A stretch of 64,000 bases of DNA from an uncultured Flavobacteriaceae bacterium. GTDB lineage: Bacteria > Bacteroidota > Bacteroidia > Flavobacteriales > Flavobacteriaceae. The notes under the pieces are model-generated. The model made no database searches. It was not told the DNA's origin and was given only the letters and a program-made list of their open reading frames with translations. The translations under genes were made by a program, and so were the position numbers. The stretch covers positions 36,984 to 100,983 of the forward strand of contig CAXAZF010000009.1 in NCBI GenBank assembly GCA_963973455.1, given 5' to 3'. Positions 44,859 to 55,425 of this stretch are shown in pieces (the stretch's first letter is position 1; every line of letters starts with the position of its first letter).

Positions 44859-45905
44859 TTATTTGTCTCCTTCATTAAATAAGTTGAGTCTTTTTACCCA
44901 AGCTGTTTTTCGATCTAATAATAACACATCTAATACCAACAAAAATAATGCCCCACCTAAAAACCATTGAAATTGATCTTTAAAATCGGTGAATTGTTTG
45001 GCTTCAAACTCCTTTTTGTCCATTCCATTCAAGATAGCTGTCACAGTGTCAACTACTTCTTTGGTATTGCTGCCGTCAATATATTCGCCATTTGCCTCTT
45101 CTGCTATTTGTTTTAAGGTTTCTTCACCTAAACGGGTAATTACTTGCTCATTGTTTTGGTCACGCTTGTAATACTGAAGAATACCATTTCGTTTTATCGG
45201 GATAGGACCACCTTGTACAGTACCCACACCTATAGTATAAATTTTTATGCCTTCGTTGGCGGCTTCTTCAGCAATTGCCGCTACATTCCCTTCATGGTCT
45301 TCCCCATCTGAAATAATAAACAACACTCTGTTGGTTTGTTCCTCATCATTGTAATAAGTTTTCGCCATTTGGATAGCTTCGTTAATTGCTGTTCCTTGAG
45401 ATGAAACCATATCGGTACTCATTCCGTTTAAAAACAACTTAGCGGAAGAAAAGTCAGTGGTTATAGGTACTTGCGGAAAAGCACTACCCGCATAACCAAT
45501 AATACCAATGCGATCGCCGGCTAAGCTGTTAATAATCTGTGCAACCAATTGTTTTGATTTCTCCAATCGGTTAGGGGCTATATCTTCGGCCAGCATACTT
45601 TTTGAAACATCTAATGCAAACACCACATCTACGCCTTCACGCTTTACCGTTTCTAGCTTCGTACCTATTTTTGGATTCACCATGGCAATACTTATACATG
45701 CAATTGCTAAACAAATGACCAATACTTTTAAAGTTGATTTAAAAACCGATTGATTGGGACTCAATTTCTTCAATAGTTGTTTGTCTGCAAATTTCTTTTG
45801 GGTATGTTTTTTCCAAGCCAATACCAATAGAAATAGTACGACCACTGCTGGAATAGCAAACAATACGTAAAAATATATGGGTTGTTCTAATTGGTACATA
45901 TTCAT
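44859..45905 (-). CDS. batB: BatB VWA-domain protein
   Basis: 'ALDVSKSM','ISDGEDH'. Confidence 0.9.
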   Translation of the reverse strand: MNMYQLEQPIYFYVLFAIPAVVVLFLLVLAWKKHTQKKFADKQLLKKLSPNQSVFKSTLKVLVICLAIACISIAMVNPKIGTKLETVKREGVDVVFALDVSKSMLAEDIAPNRLEKSKQLVAQIINSLAGDRIGIIGYAGSAFPQVPITTDFSSAKLFLNGMSTDMVSSQGTAINEAIQMAKTYYNDEEQTNRVLFIISDGEDHEGNVAAIAEEAANEGIKIYTIGVGTVQGGPIPIKRNGILQYYKRDQNNEQVITRLGEETLKQIAEEANGEYIDGSNTKEVVDTVTAILNGMDKKEFEAKQFTDFKDQFQWFLGGALFLLVLDVLLLDRKTAWVKRLNLFNEGDK

Positions 45906-45933
45906 ATCCTACGCAGGTAGGAATTTTTAATTT

Positions 45934-46938
45934 TTAAATAAAACTTCTAAACACTGTATAACGAAGCAATAGTTCTATCAATAATAACCCTAATGCTAGA
46001 AATACTAAAGGACGAAACATTTCTTCGTAATTGGTGTATTTAAATTCTTCTATATCTGTTTTTTCGAGTTTATTTATTTCATCATAAATTTCATTCAACT
46101 TCGTGGTACTCGTGGCTCTAAAATATTGTCCTCCGGTGGTTTGGGCTATTTCTTTCAATAATTCTTCATCAATTTCAACCTGTATGCTTCCGTATTGGAA
46201 ACTACCATCTGGACGTAAACCAATGGGCGACATAGCCAGTCCATTACTTCCCAGACCTATAGTATATACTTTAATACCAAACTCCGCCGCTAATTCACTC
46301 GCTATTTTTGGATCTATAAAACCGCTGTTGTTTACACCATCAGTCAATAAAATAATTACCTTACTTTTTGCACGGCTATCTTTTAACCGGTTAACAGCTG
46401 TACCCAACCCCATCCCTATTGCGGTTCCACCTTCAATCACCGTGTTGTATTTCATATCCTTTAAAGATGATAATACAACTGTTTTATCACTGGTTAAAGG
46501 TGTTTTTGTAAAACTTTCACCAGCATATTCTACCAAACCAATACGATCGTTAGGTCGCGCTTGTATAAAACGAGCCGCCACAGACTTTAAGGCTTCTAGT
46601 CGATTCGGTTTTAAATCGCGTGCTAACATACTTGCTGAAACATCCATTGCCATAACAATATCTATTCCTTTTGTTTTTTTAACACGGGTAGATTCGTCCA
46701 CGGTTCTAGGACGTGCTAAGGCAACAATTATAGCTGCCAAGGCCAATAAGCGTAAGGCAAACAATAAAGGTTTCAGTCTTGCTAACCAGTTTTTCCCAGT
46801 TTTAAATCCTTTTACACTTGAAATTTTTAAGGTAGCATTTTGTTTATTTCGTTTCCATAGATACCATAGCAACAGCACTGGAAGTACTAGTAACAACCAG
46901 AAAAAAATAGGGTTTACAAATTCAAAATTTTCAAACAT
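45934..46938 (-). CDS. batA: BatA VWA-domain protein
   Basis: 'AMDVSASM','LLTDGVNN'. Confidence 0.9.
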   Translation of the reverse strand: MFENFEFVNPIFFWLLLVLPVLLLWYLWKRNKQNATLKISSVKGFKTGKNWLARLKPLLFALRLLALAAIIVALARPRTVDESTRVKKTKGIDIVMAMDVSASMLARDLKPNRLEALKSVAARFIQARPNDRIGLVEYAGESFTKTPLTSDKTVVLSSLKDMKYNTVIEGGTAIGMGLGTAVNRLKDSRAKSKVIILLTDGVNNSGFIDPKIASELAAEFGIKVYTIGLGSNGLAMSPIGLRPDGSFQYGSIQVEIDEELLKEIAQTTGGQYFRATSTTKLNEIYDEINKLEKTDIEEFKYTNYEEMFRPLVFLALGLLLIELLLRYTVFRSFI

Positions 46939-48617
46939 TATTTTTCTGAAATTTCAAGTTCTACGGAATTTATAATTCTGTCTTTTACATCTTCAGCAAA
47001 ACGACCATCGTCTTCTTGATACACCACTAAAACTTGCTGTACTCCGCCTTTTTGAGCAAATAATAATAACTCGTAGTTACTAGCTTTTTTCAATACTTTA
47101 TCATCTGATACCTGCACGTTAAATTTACCATAAGCTTTTAAACCAGTGATGCCTTTTTGGGTTTCAAAGCTTTCACGCTTTACCAACATATTTTTAGCAC
47201 CTCTTTTTTCAAGGTTTGTTAAGGCTTCGTTCATTAATCCTTCTAAATCTGCTTCGGCTTGTCCTTTTTGTTGCCCTTGTGTGGATTGTTTGAGCATCGT
47301 TGTATTTAACCAAACGTATAGTGGATCGGTTATTTCGCCTTCCGTAAATACGCTTGCATTGGCCACGCGCATATTTTGTGATTCGGGTACTTCTATATCG
47401 GTCCGAACTAAAACTTCTGGGGTTTCTATGATGATAGCTGGATCTCCATATTCACTCTTTATCCAACGGTTTTCGGACAACTCACGTATTTCGTTACCAA
47501 TTACAAAGTCTTTAAGGTTGTCAAATCCTTTTACACCTCCATAAACAGCACCGGCAATAAGAGCAACCACCAATAGACCCAAAGCGCCATATGCCCATTT
47601 TTTACGGACACGTTTTTTCCGTTGTGCTTCTTGGTATTCGGCATTTTCTTGAAGTTCTTCTTCGGTTGGTTCTGGGATTACCTCTTTGGTTTCGTTTATA
47701 ATTTCCTCAATGGTTTTCCGGTCAGACGATGCTTGTCCTTCGGCTTGGTACATTTTGGCAAATTTTACCAAATCGGCTCGTTTTAAAATAGCATCGAGTC
47801 TCCGGATGGTTTCATTACTGAATTCAAAATTACCTGAATCTTTATGCAACTGTAATCGAGTAATTAATTCATCTGACGTACTTTCTAAAGCGGTTTCATC
47901 TACTTCGCGGTCTAAATAGCGTTTTACTATTTCGGTTAAATGCGAGTAATATTCCTTTGGTTTATTTTCCTTTAAATAGGTAGAGCTATCCAGCGTGTGC
48001 AAGGCTGTAATTGCTTCTTCATAAGGCGGCAACTGTTCTTCTCTGGCATCCTTTAATTTTTTTCTTCGGAATAAAATATATCCTATAATCGCTAAAATGA
48101 TAACGATCGGAATAAGCCACAATAACAATGTTTTAAGATCTAAAGGCGGCTCATCTACCTCGATAGCAGGTTTTATATCAAACATCTTCTGTTTTGTCGT
48201 ATCGACGGCAACATCACGAACTTCGACTGAAACAGAATCGGTTCCAAATCGCTTATCGTTAATAACCACTTGTTGTTGCGGGATGGTATAACGACCCGAA
48301 TCGAATTGTGTAAGACCGTATTTTTTAATCAATCGATATTTAGCCTGTTCAAAAGTGGTATCGATTTTATAGGATTCGATTACCTCTAAAGGTGTGAAGG
48401 TCTGACCTTCGGGAAAAACCACCAAATCGGTTGAATCTGCTTCCACTTGAATACTATAGACAATCTCTTCCCCAATTTTAATGGAAGTAGAATCTACCGA
48501 AGACGTCACTTGAGCTTCGGCAAAAAAAGTAACTAGAAAAAAGAAGAAAGAAGCGAAAAAATATCGCTGCTTAGTTTTCAAAAACAAGTATGTAATATGT
48601 TTTTTATTCTCTTTCAT
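46938..48617 (-). CDS. bat-operon membrane protein (BatD-like N-terminus, DUF4381-like)
   Basis: Signal, Ig-like region, TM, 'PPYEEAITAL'. Confidence 0.7.
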   Translation of the reverse strand: MKENKKHITYLFLKTKQRYFFASFFFFLVTFFAEAQVTSSVDSTSIKIGEEIVYSIQVEADSTDLVVFPEGQTFTPLEVIESYKIDTTFEQAKYRLIKKYGLTQFDSGRYTIPQQQVVINDKRFGTDSVSVEVRDVAVDTTKQKMFDIKPAIEVDEPPLDLKTLLLWLIPIVIILAIIGYILFRRKKLKDAREEQLPPYEEAITALHTLDSSTYLKENKPKEYYSHLTEIVKRYLDREVDETALESTSDELITRLQLHKDSGNFEFSNETIRRLDAILKRADLVKFAKMYQAEGQASSDRKTIEEIINETKEVIPEPTEEELQENAEYQEAQRKKRVRKKWAYGALGLLVVALIAGAVYGGVKGFDNLKDFVIGNEIRELSENRWIKSEYGDPAIIIETPEVLVRTDIEVPESQNMRVANASVFTEGEITDPLYVWLNTTMLKQSTQGQQKGQAEADLEGLMNEALTNLEKRGAKNMLVKRESFETQKGITGLKAYGKFNVQVSDDKVLKKASNYELLLFAQKGGVQQVLVVYQEDDGRFAEDVKDRIINSVELEISEK

Positions 48618-48623
48618 TATAAT

Positions 48624-49490
48624 TTATGCTCTGTGTTTAAAATAACCCAGTAATTTTTTTACGTAGCTTTCATCCACGCGGCAGCTTAATGCGCCGGCAC
48701 CACTTTTAGTAAATGATTCTTGAAAATAATCCACACGTTCTCTGTAGTACTTGTTATAATTTGTTCTAACAGACTTTGAATTGGTGTTTACTAACATGAG
48801 CTCGCCTGTTTCAGAATCTTGCATTTGCACCATTCCTAAATTCGGGATTTCCTCTTCGCGTTTATCATACACTCGAATTCCTGTTACGTCATGTTTTCTG
48901 GCTACAATCCGTAGCGTGTCTTTATAATTATCTGTAATAAAGTCGGAAAGCACAAAAACGATGGCTTTCTTTTTCATTACGTTGGTTAAATATTTTAAAG
49001 CTTGCGACAAATCGGTTTTTTCACTTTTTGGTTGGAATTCAAGCAATTCCCGAATCAAACGCAATACGTGTGATTTTCCTTTTTTCGGTGGAATAAAAAG
49101 CTCTATTTCATCTGAAAAAAGAATCAATCCTATTTTATCATTATTCTGAAGTGCCGAAAAAGCTAGCGTTGCAGCAATTTCAGTAATTATTTCGTTTTTA
49201 AATTGTGAATCTGTTCCGAAGAATTCAGACCCACTAATATCTGCAACAAGCATTAAAGTAAGCTCGCGTTCTTCTTCAAAAACTTTTACAAATGGTTCGT
49301 TATAGCGGGCGGTTACATTCCAATCGATACTTCGAACATCATCGCCAAATTGATATTGACGCACTTCGCTGAAGGTCATCCCTCGACCTTTAAACGTACT
49401 ATGATATTCGCCACCAAATACGTGATCACTTAACCGACGCGTTTTGATTTCGATTTTCCGTACTTTTTTAAGAAGTTCTTTTGTATCCAT
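48624..49490 (-). CDS. DUF58 protein
   Basis: 'FKGRGMTFSEVRQYQFGDDVRSIDWNVTAR'. Confidence 0.9.
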   Translation of the reverse strand: MDTKELLKKVRKIEIKTRRLSDHVFGGEYHSTFKGRGMTFSEVRQYQFGDDVRSIDWNVTARYNEPFVKVFEEERELTLMLVADISGSEFFGTDSQFKNEIITEIAATLAFSALQNNDKIGLILFSDEIELFIPPKKGKSHVLRLIRELLEFQPKSEKTDLSQALKYLTNVMKKKAIVFVLSDFITDNYKDTLRIVARKHDVTGIRVYDKREEEIPNLGMVQMQDSETGELMLVNTNSKSVRTNYNKYYRERVDYFQESFTKSGAGALSCRVDESYVKKLLGYFKHRA

Positions 49491-49587
49491 TATTCCAGTA
49501 GTCAATATTCAATAAGTAGTGGGGCAGTAAAAAACAGTAGTCAGACAACAAAACTGCATACTGACCACTGCTTACTGCGTACTGTTT

Positions 49588-50592
49588 TTATGGTACCTCA
49601 ATTACATTTACAATTTTATTAATGATATCTTCTGAAGTTATATTTTCTGCTTCGGCTTCGTAGGTAATCCCAATACGATGACGCAACACATCGTGAACCA
49701 CGGCGCGAACATCTTCTGGAATTACGTAACCTCTCTGCTTGATAAATGCATAGCATTTTGAAGCGATCGCCAAGTTGATACTTCCACGCGGGGAAGCACC
49801 GAAGCCAATAAGATGTTTTAAATCGTCCAGCTTATAATTTTCAGGATTACGGGTAGCAAAGATGATATCTAGAATATATTGTTCTATTTTTTCGTCCATA
49901 TAAACTTCACGAACGGCTTTCTGTGCACGTAAAATTTGTTCGATAGAAACAACCGGGTTTACTTTCTCAAAAGCGCCTTTTAAGTTTTGACGGATAATGA
50001 GTTGCTCTTCAGCAATCTTAGGGTAATTTATAACTGTTTTCAGCATAAAACGGTCAACCTGAGCTTCTGGTAATGGGTATGTTCCCTCTTGTTCAATCGG
50101 GTTTTGAGTTGCCATTACCAAAAATGGCTTATCTAAGATAAACGTTTCTTCACCAATGGTCACTTGCTTTTCCTGCATCGCCTCTAAAAGAGCAGATTGT
50201 ACTTTAGCCGGTGCCCTGTTAATTTCATCTGCCAATACAAAGTTGGCAAAAATTGGACCTTTTTTAATGCTGAAATCATTCACTTTCATGTTGTAGATCA
50301 TCGTACCAACAACATCGGCAGGAAGTAAATCTGGTGTAAATTGTATTCGGCTAAAGGTACCGTGTACCGCTTTTGAAAGCGTATTAATGGCCAGTGTTTT
50401 TGCCAAACCCGGTACACCTTCAAGAAGAATGTGTCCTTGGCCTAAAAGGCCGATAAGCAATCGCTCGACCATATGTTTTTGGCCTACAATTACTTTGTTC
50501 ATTTCCATGGAAAGGATGTTTACAAATGCACTTTCCTTTTCAATTTTTTCATTTAGCGCGCCAATATCCAAGGCAGTATCTGTTTGATCCAT
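49588..50592 (-). CDS. moxR: MoxR family AAA+ ATPase
   Basis: 'EGVPGLAKT','LADEINRAPAK','ATQNPIEQEGTYPLPEAQVDRF'. Confidence 0.95.
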   Translation of the reverse strand: MDQTDTALDIGALNEKIEKESAFVNILSMEMNKVIVGQKHMVERLLIGLLGQGHILLEGVPGLAKTLAINTLSKAVHGTFSRIQFTPDLLPADVVGTMIYNMKVNDFSIKKGPIFANFVLADEINRAPAKVQSALLEAMQEKQVTIGEETFILDKPFLVMATQNPIEQEGTYPLPEAQVDRFMLKTVINYPKIAEEQLIIRQNLKGAFEKVNPVVSIEQILRAQKAVREVYMDEKIEQYILDIIFATRNPENYKLDDLKHLIGFGASPRGSINLAIASKCYAFIKQRGYVIPEDVRAVVHDVLRHRIGITYEAEAENITSEDIINKIVNVIEVP

Positions 50593-50768
50593 ACTTTAAA
50601 ATTTCAAATAGTAAACGTTTCTATATACAGTCTCGCAAATTGTATATTTATTGCTAAAAAGGCTGTTAACAAAGGGTTAAAAAATTTATCTTAATAGACG
50701 ACATGAAAAAAGCACTGTTTCTTAAAATAAAGTTACAGTGCTGTTAAATTTTTATTTTGTAGCTATGA

Positions 50769-51185
50769 TTAATTGGAAGCAACTGTGACAGTGCCTAAAG
50801 CAGTTACTTCACCAATTTTTACCTCAACATTTTCAAAAGTTTGTTCGGGTGTTTCAGCTTCATCTGTTTTAATTTTTACTGTATATGTTCCTTCTGAGAA
50901 ACCGGTTATGAAAAATTCACCAACGTCGTTTGTGGTTCCTGTAATTTTTTCTTCAGAATTTGTCGCTACAATTGATACTTCAGAATTGGGCGCGATAACG
51001 CTTCCCATAATGGCACCATCTGTTTTTGTGGTTTCGGTTTCTTCGTTGTTTGTAACTTCAGTTTTATTGGCAGAACCTTCATTTGAAGTAATATTATTTC
51101 CGCCAAATATATTGTTGTTACTACTACAGCTAATAAATAAGGCTGTAACTGAAATTAAAAGACTTGTTTTTATGTAAGATTTCAT
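50769..51185 (-). CDS. lipoprotein with carboxypeptidase-regulatory-like domain
   Basis: Lipobox FISC; 'GEFFITGFSEGTYTV'. Confidence 0.75.
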   Translation of the reverse strand: MKSYIKTSLLISVTALFISCSSNNNIFGGNNITSNEGSANKTEVTNNEETETTKTDGAIMGSVIAPNSEVSIVATNSEEKITGTTNDVGEFFITGFSEGTYTVKIKTDEAETPEQTFENVEVKIGEVTALGTVTVASN

Positions 51186-51244
51186 AGTTAATTGGTTTTT
51201 GCGTACTACTAATATAGCTAGTTATAACAGCTCTTTCGGAAGAA

Positions 51245-51282
51245 TTAACATTGATTAACGGGCGCTTTAACGTGTGGTTAAC
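51245..51282. promoter_or_regulatory. four TTAAC repeats at 10-12 bp spacing
   Basis: TTAACATTGATTAAC..TTAAC..TTAAC upstream of lipoprotein gene. Confidence 0.55.
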
Positions 51283-51286
51283 GAAA

Positions 51287-51313
51287 AAAAGGAGGTTAAA
51301 AAAACCTCCTTTT
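51287..51313 (-). terminator. intrinsic terminator after DUF4382 gene
   Basis: AAAAGGAGGTT-AAAA-AACCTCCTTTT. Confidence 0.75.
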
Positions 51314-51332
51314 CCTTTCTATTAAAATTAGA

Positions 51333-52130
51333 TTATAATTCTAAATTTATTTCTCCCACAGTTGTAATTTCACCTACTTCAACAATGACATTATCAATTA
51401 TAACAGGGGGAAAGTTTAAATCAGGATCTGCTTCAAACTTCAAGCTATAATTACCTTCTGGAACACCTTGAAGCACAAATTTACCTTGGGCATCTGTATA
51501 AGCCGAAATTTCTTCACCATCATCGGTTGTTGTTGTAACTAAAACAGGGGTATCGGTAACTGGAATTACAGAACCAGAAATTGCTCCTGTTTCGGCTACC
51601 GTTGTGGCTCTAATAACTGGTTTTAGTAAATAATCTCCGTTACCCTGTTCTACAATAGACTCTTCAACATTAAAGTCTAACATAAATTCATAAAAAATGC
51701 CTCCTTCAAGGGTCTCATTCACCTGAATTTTTAACCCAGATTGTTGAGCACTTGGTGTTTGAAGCGGAAACGTTTCGCCATCAACTACTACTGTATTATC
51801 ATCACCAAGGACTAATCGAATTTGACTAATAGAACCTGTCGGTAATTCATCATCTACTAATACAACTGAAACACCACCAGTAAGTTCCAATAAATTGTAA
51901 ACCCCTGCATCTACATCATCAATAAATACTTCGTCTTCTTCGCCATTATACTTTACCACTACATCTTCAACATCTATAAATACTGCTTCATAATCTCCGG
52001 GAGCATCTGTCAATTCTATAGAGACTCTCGCTGTTTCATCAGAGTTAGTTCCTGATGAGTCATCATCACTACAGGATACAAATCCTACAGTAATAATGGC
52101 TATGCATAAAAATTTTAATAAAGTTTTCAT
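51333..52130 (-). CDS. DUF4382 lipoprotein with C-terminal carboxypeptidase-regulatory-like domain
   Basis: Lipobox FVSC; 'LTDAPGDY','TPSAQQSGLKI','LKPVIR'. Confidence 0.85.
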   Translation of the reverse strand: MKTLLKFLCIAIITVGFVSCSDDDSSGTNSDETARVSIELTDAPGDYEAVFIDVEDVVVKYNGEEDEVFIDDVDAGVYNLLELTGGVSVVLVDDELPTGSISQIRLVLGDDNTVVVDGETFPLQTPSAQQSGLKIQVNETLEGGIFYEFMLDFNVEESIVEQGNGDYLLKPVIRATTVAETGAISGSVIPVTDTPVLVTTTTDDGEEISAYTDAQGKFVLQGVPEGNYSLKFEADPDLNFPPVIIDNVIVEVGEITTVGEINLEL

Positions 52131-52194
52131 GTTATTTTAAATTTTAGGTTTGTGGAAGACAATATATTTATGATTTAAAAAAACTAAAATGTAC

Positions 52195-52231
52195 TTAACA
52201 TTGATTAACTTTCCCTTTAACTCTATTTAAC
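52195..52231. promoter_or_regulatory. four TTAAC repeats at 10-12 bp spacing
   Basis: Same 15-mer TTAACATTGATTAAC as at 51245. Confidence 0.55.
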
Positions 52232-52276
52232 GGTAAAAACGGTAATACCTACTATCTTTAGAAAACTTTATAATTT

Positions 52277-53029
52277 ATGAATAAAACTGCTTTAATAACC
52301 GGTGCCACTTCAGGAATTGGCCGCGCTATCGCTAAAAATTTTGCTAACAATGGATTGCATATAATTCTCTGCGGAAGAAGGCAAGAACGGCTCGATGCAC
52401 TTCAAAAAGAGCTTTCAGAAATCACAAAAATGCACACGCTGAACTTTGACGTTCGAGATAAAAAAACGGTTTTTGAACAACTTCAAAACCTGCCGGAAGC
52501 TTTTTCAAAAATCGATATTTTAATAAACAATGCCGGAAATGCACACGGAAAAGACCCAATTTATGAAGGGAACACAGACGATTGGGATGCGATGATTGAT
52601 ATTAACGTAAAAGGATTGTTATATGTTACCAAAGCCATTCTTCCGCAGATGATTGAGCGAAAATCTGGACATATTATCAATATTGGTTCTACCGCTGGGA
52701 AAGAGGTCTATCCAACTGGGAATGTCTACTGCGCCAGTAAACATGCGGTCGATGCTATTAATGAAGGTATGCGATTAGACCTAAACGGAAAAGGCATAAA
52801 AATTGGTGCTATTAATCCGGGGTTGGTCGAAACCGAGTTTAGCGAAGTGCGTTATAAAGGTGACACTGAAAAAGCCGATAAAGTTTATCAAGGTTACACG
52901 CCTTTACAACCGGAAGATATTGCAGACATAATTTGGTTTGCTATAACCCGACCGCCACATGTAAATATAGCCGATTTGACCGTGATGTGCTTAGACCAAT
53001 CGTCGAGTACCGTTATCAATAAAAAATAA
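52277..53029 (+). CDS. SDR family oxidoreductase (YdfG-like)
   Basis: 'TGATSGIG','NNAG','YCASK'. Confidence 0.9.
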   Translation: MNKTALITGATSGIGRAIAKNFANNGLHIILCGRRQERLDALQKELSEITKMHTLNFDVRDKKTVFEQLQNLPEAFSKIDILINNAGNAHGKDPIYEGNTDDWDAMIDINVKGLLYVTKAILPQMIERKSGHIINIGSTAGKEVYPTGNVYCASKHAVDAINEGMRLDLNGKGIKIGAINPGLVETEFSEVRYKGDTEKADKVYQGYTPLQPEDIADIIWFAITRPPHVNIADLTVMCLDQSSSTVINKK

Positions 53030-53055
53030 ACCCTTCGCTACTGCGGAAAATTGAA

Positions 53056-54192
53056 ATGATTAACAAACGACTTCTTATCAAAAACTTGCTCGCCCATAAC
53101 GACGAGAGCAGTTTCTATGATAAAAAGCGAAAGATTGATCTGGGCAGTAAAGAAGGAAAAGCCAAGTTTTTAAAACACATTTGCGCGCTGAGCAACAGCA
53201 ACCCAAAAAACAACTCGTTTATCGTAGTGGGTGTGGAAGATGAAGCAAACGAAATACGAGGCGTTGATTTTTTTGACGATAGCAAGCTTCAAAATTTAGT
53301 AAACGCCTATTTGACCAATGCGCCGTTAATCAGTTATGAAAATGTGATGTTTCCACATTTGCCGCCGGATAAAGTAGTGGGGTTAGTAACCATTCGCCCA
53401 ACAGGGGAAATCACTTCGCTTCGTAAGAACATTTGGAAATATTGGGGCGGCAGCATTTTTCTTCGAGACGGAAGTATTTCGATGCCAAAGGATTTTGATA
53501 TTGTAATAAAAGATGTGAATTCTGAAATTGTAAAATCTATTGAAAACAAGGCAAAAAATAACATTGAGCACACTTTAGATGGTGTAATCGATTTTATGAA
53601 CAACCGCCACGACGAGCTCGAATCACACTACAAAGTTTTTAAAGAGCAATTTGTGGTTTGCTGGGCCGGAAATACCAAACAAGTTAAAAAAGACACCTAT
53701 TATTCCCGGGTAGATATTGAATTAATTAACGAGCAAGTACGTTTGTTTTATTCTGCTTTAGACGAGGTTACCATCGAAGTAACGGATCATTATTTTAAAA
53801 CAATTGAATATGTAAGTTTAGGGCTGAACAACCGCCAAGAACATTACCCGCTAGAAGAAGTGGTGATTACTTTTCAAGAAAATGGATCGTACAAAATCGA
53901 CTCTAAAATGATTTTTGAACCGCCACGTTTCAACAAAAAAACGTTGCATCATATTTACAATGCCAATAATGCATTGGTAAAAAAGCTGAAAAAGAATGCC
54001 CGCCTTACCCCTTCCGAAGAAAAAGACCTACAAAACCTACCAGAAACATATTTAATCTGTTATTTAAACGATTTTTCGGAAGCTAAAGAAAAGCTGTTGG
54101 AAGCTAAACCATATTTAAAAGAAACCAACGGAAAGGTTTATGAAGCGTATAAAGAAACGATTCGGATATTGAGGAAGGTGCGATATAATTAA
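53056..54192 (+). CDS. AlbA_2 (Schlafen-like) domain protein
   Basis: 'ESSFYDKK','KHICALSNS...FIVVGVED...IRGV'. Confidence 0.75.
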   Translation: MINKRLLIKNLLAHNDESSFYDKKRKIDLGSKEGKAKFLKHICALSNSNPKNNSFIVVGVEDEANEIRGVDFFDDSKLQNLVNAYLTNAPLISYENVMFPHLPPDKVVGLVTIRPTGEITSLRKNIWKYWGGSIFLRDGSISMPKDFDIVIKDVNSEIVKSIENKAKNNIEHTLDGVIDFMNNRHDELESHYKVFKEQFVVCWAGNTKQVKKDTYYSRVDIELINEQVRLFYSALDEVTIEVTDHYFKTIEYVSLGLNNRQEHYPLEEVVITFQENGSYKIDSKMIFEPPRFNKKTLHHIYNANNALVKKLKKNARLTPSEEKDLQNLPETYLICYLNDFSEAKEKLLEAKPYLKETNGKVYEAYKETIRILRKVRYN

Positions 54193-54249
54193 CGTTGCAT
54201 TAAACTAAATTTTATATCTTTAATGTTCAATCATTAAAACCAAATAAAA

Positions 54250-55389
54250 ATGGGCATATTCGACAAAATCAAGGAAAAACTGAGCCACGAATTTATAGAT
54301 ATAATTGAATGGCTAGACTATACAGATGACACCATCTGTCATCGTTTTGAACGCTACCAAAACGAAATAAAGAATAATGCCAAGCTCATTGTACGTGAAG
54401 GGCAAACGGCTGTTTTTATAAACGAAGGACAACTGGCCGATGTTTTTGAACCCGGAACCTACACGCTAAACACCAAAAACCTGCCCATTCTAACTACTCT
54501 AAAAGGATGGAAGTATGGTTTTGACAGCCCCTTTAAAGCCGAAGTGTATTTTGTAAACACACACTTATTTACTGATGAAAAATGGGGCACCAAAAACCCA
54601 ATTACATTAAATGATGACCGATTTGGTTTGGTTGAAATTCGTGCTTTTGGAACGTATGCTTTTAGAATCAATGATCCCGGGAAATTTATAGTTGATATAG
54701 TTGGCACCGATAATAACTTCACCAATTTTGAAATAAACGAACACCTTAAAAGCCTAATCGCCACTCGTTTTACTGATACTGTAGGTGAGGCCAATTTGCC
54801 AATCGAATTATACGCTGCCAACACCACCGAACTTTCTGAAACTTGTAAAGAAGTAATGGAACCTGAATTTGATAGCGTGGGGATTGGTCTGGAAAAATTC
54901 TTTATCGAAAACGTGTCCATGCCAGAAGACTTGAAAAAAGAGATTTTCGAGTACAGCCGTATTGATAAATTGGATTTAGATAAATTAACCAAATTCAAAA
55001 CTGCTAAAGCCATTGAAGCAGCCGCTGCCAACGAAGGCGGCACAGCCGGTGCCGGTATGGGAATGGGTATGGGCTTTGTACTCGCACAACAAATGGGCGG
55101 TATGATGGCCCCACAGATGGGCGGACAACAACAAATGCAACAACCGCAACAACAAGCAGGGAGTATGCCACCGCCTATGCCACAAGCGGTTCAGTATTTC
55201 TACGCTAGTAATGGACAACAAAATGGTCCTGTAGGTTTTGAGCAGTTACGCGCACTATTTGCCAATCGCACTGTTAATAAAGACACCCTCGTCTGGAAAC
55301 AAGGCATGCAAAATTGGGTTGCACTTCAAGAGGTGGAAGAATTAAAAGCCTTTTTAGGCGGAAATACACCTCCACCAATTCCGGAATAA
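54250..55389 (+). CDS. SPFH (YdjI-like) protein with C-terminal GYF_2 domain
   Basis: 'LIVREGQTAVF','WGTKNPI','RAFGTY'; 'GQQNGPV...LVWKQGMQNW'. Confidence 0.85.
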   Translation: MGIFDKIKEKLSHEFIDIIEWLDYTDDTICHRFERYQNEIKNNAKLIVREGQTAVFINEGQLADVFEPGTYTLNTKNLPILTTLKGWKYGFDSPFKAEVYFVNTHLFTDEKWGTKNPITLNDDRFGLVEIRAFGTYAFRINDPGKFIVDIVGTDNNFTNFEINEHLKSLIATRFTDTVGEANLPIELYAANTTELSETCKEVMEPEFDSVGIGLEKFFIENVSMPEDLKKEIFEYSRIDKLDLDKLTKFKTAKAIEAAAANEGGTAGAGMGMGMGFVLAQQMGGMMAPQMGGQQQMQQPQQQAGSMPPPMPQAVQYFYASNGQQNGPVGFEQLRALFANRTVNKDTLVWKQGMQNWVALQEVEELKAFLGGNTPPPIPE

Positions 55390-55425
55390 TTATTTTTCGG
55401 GGTTTCGGCCCTTTCAGAATAGAAA

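Noticed and set aside
46103-46975. 290-aa plus-strand ORF
   Set aside because: Antisense shadow of batA with no recognisable motifs; the same applies to 13071-13691, 19583-20134, 20291-20785 and 54459-55043
49520-49585. Short CAGT/ACTG repeats forming an imperfect palindrome between moxR and DUF58
   Set aside because: Resembles common short intergenic repeats of flavobacteria; similar TCTAAC repeats occur near 58,480; nothing specific can be supported
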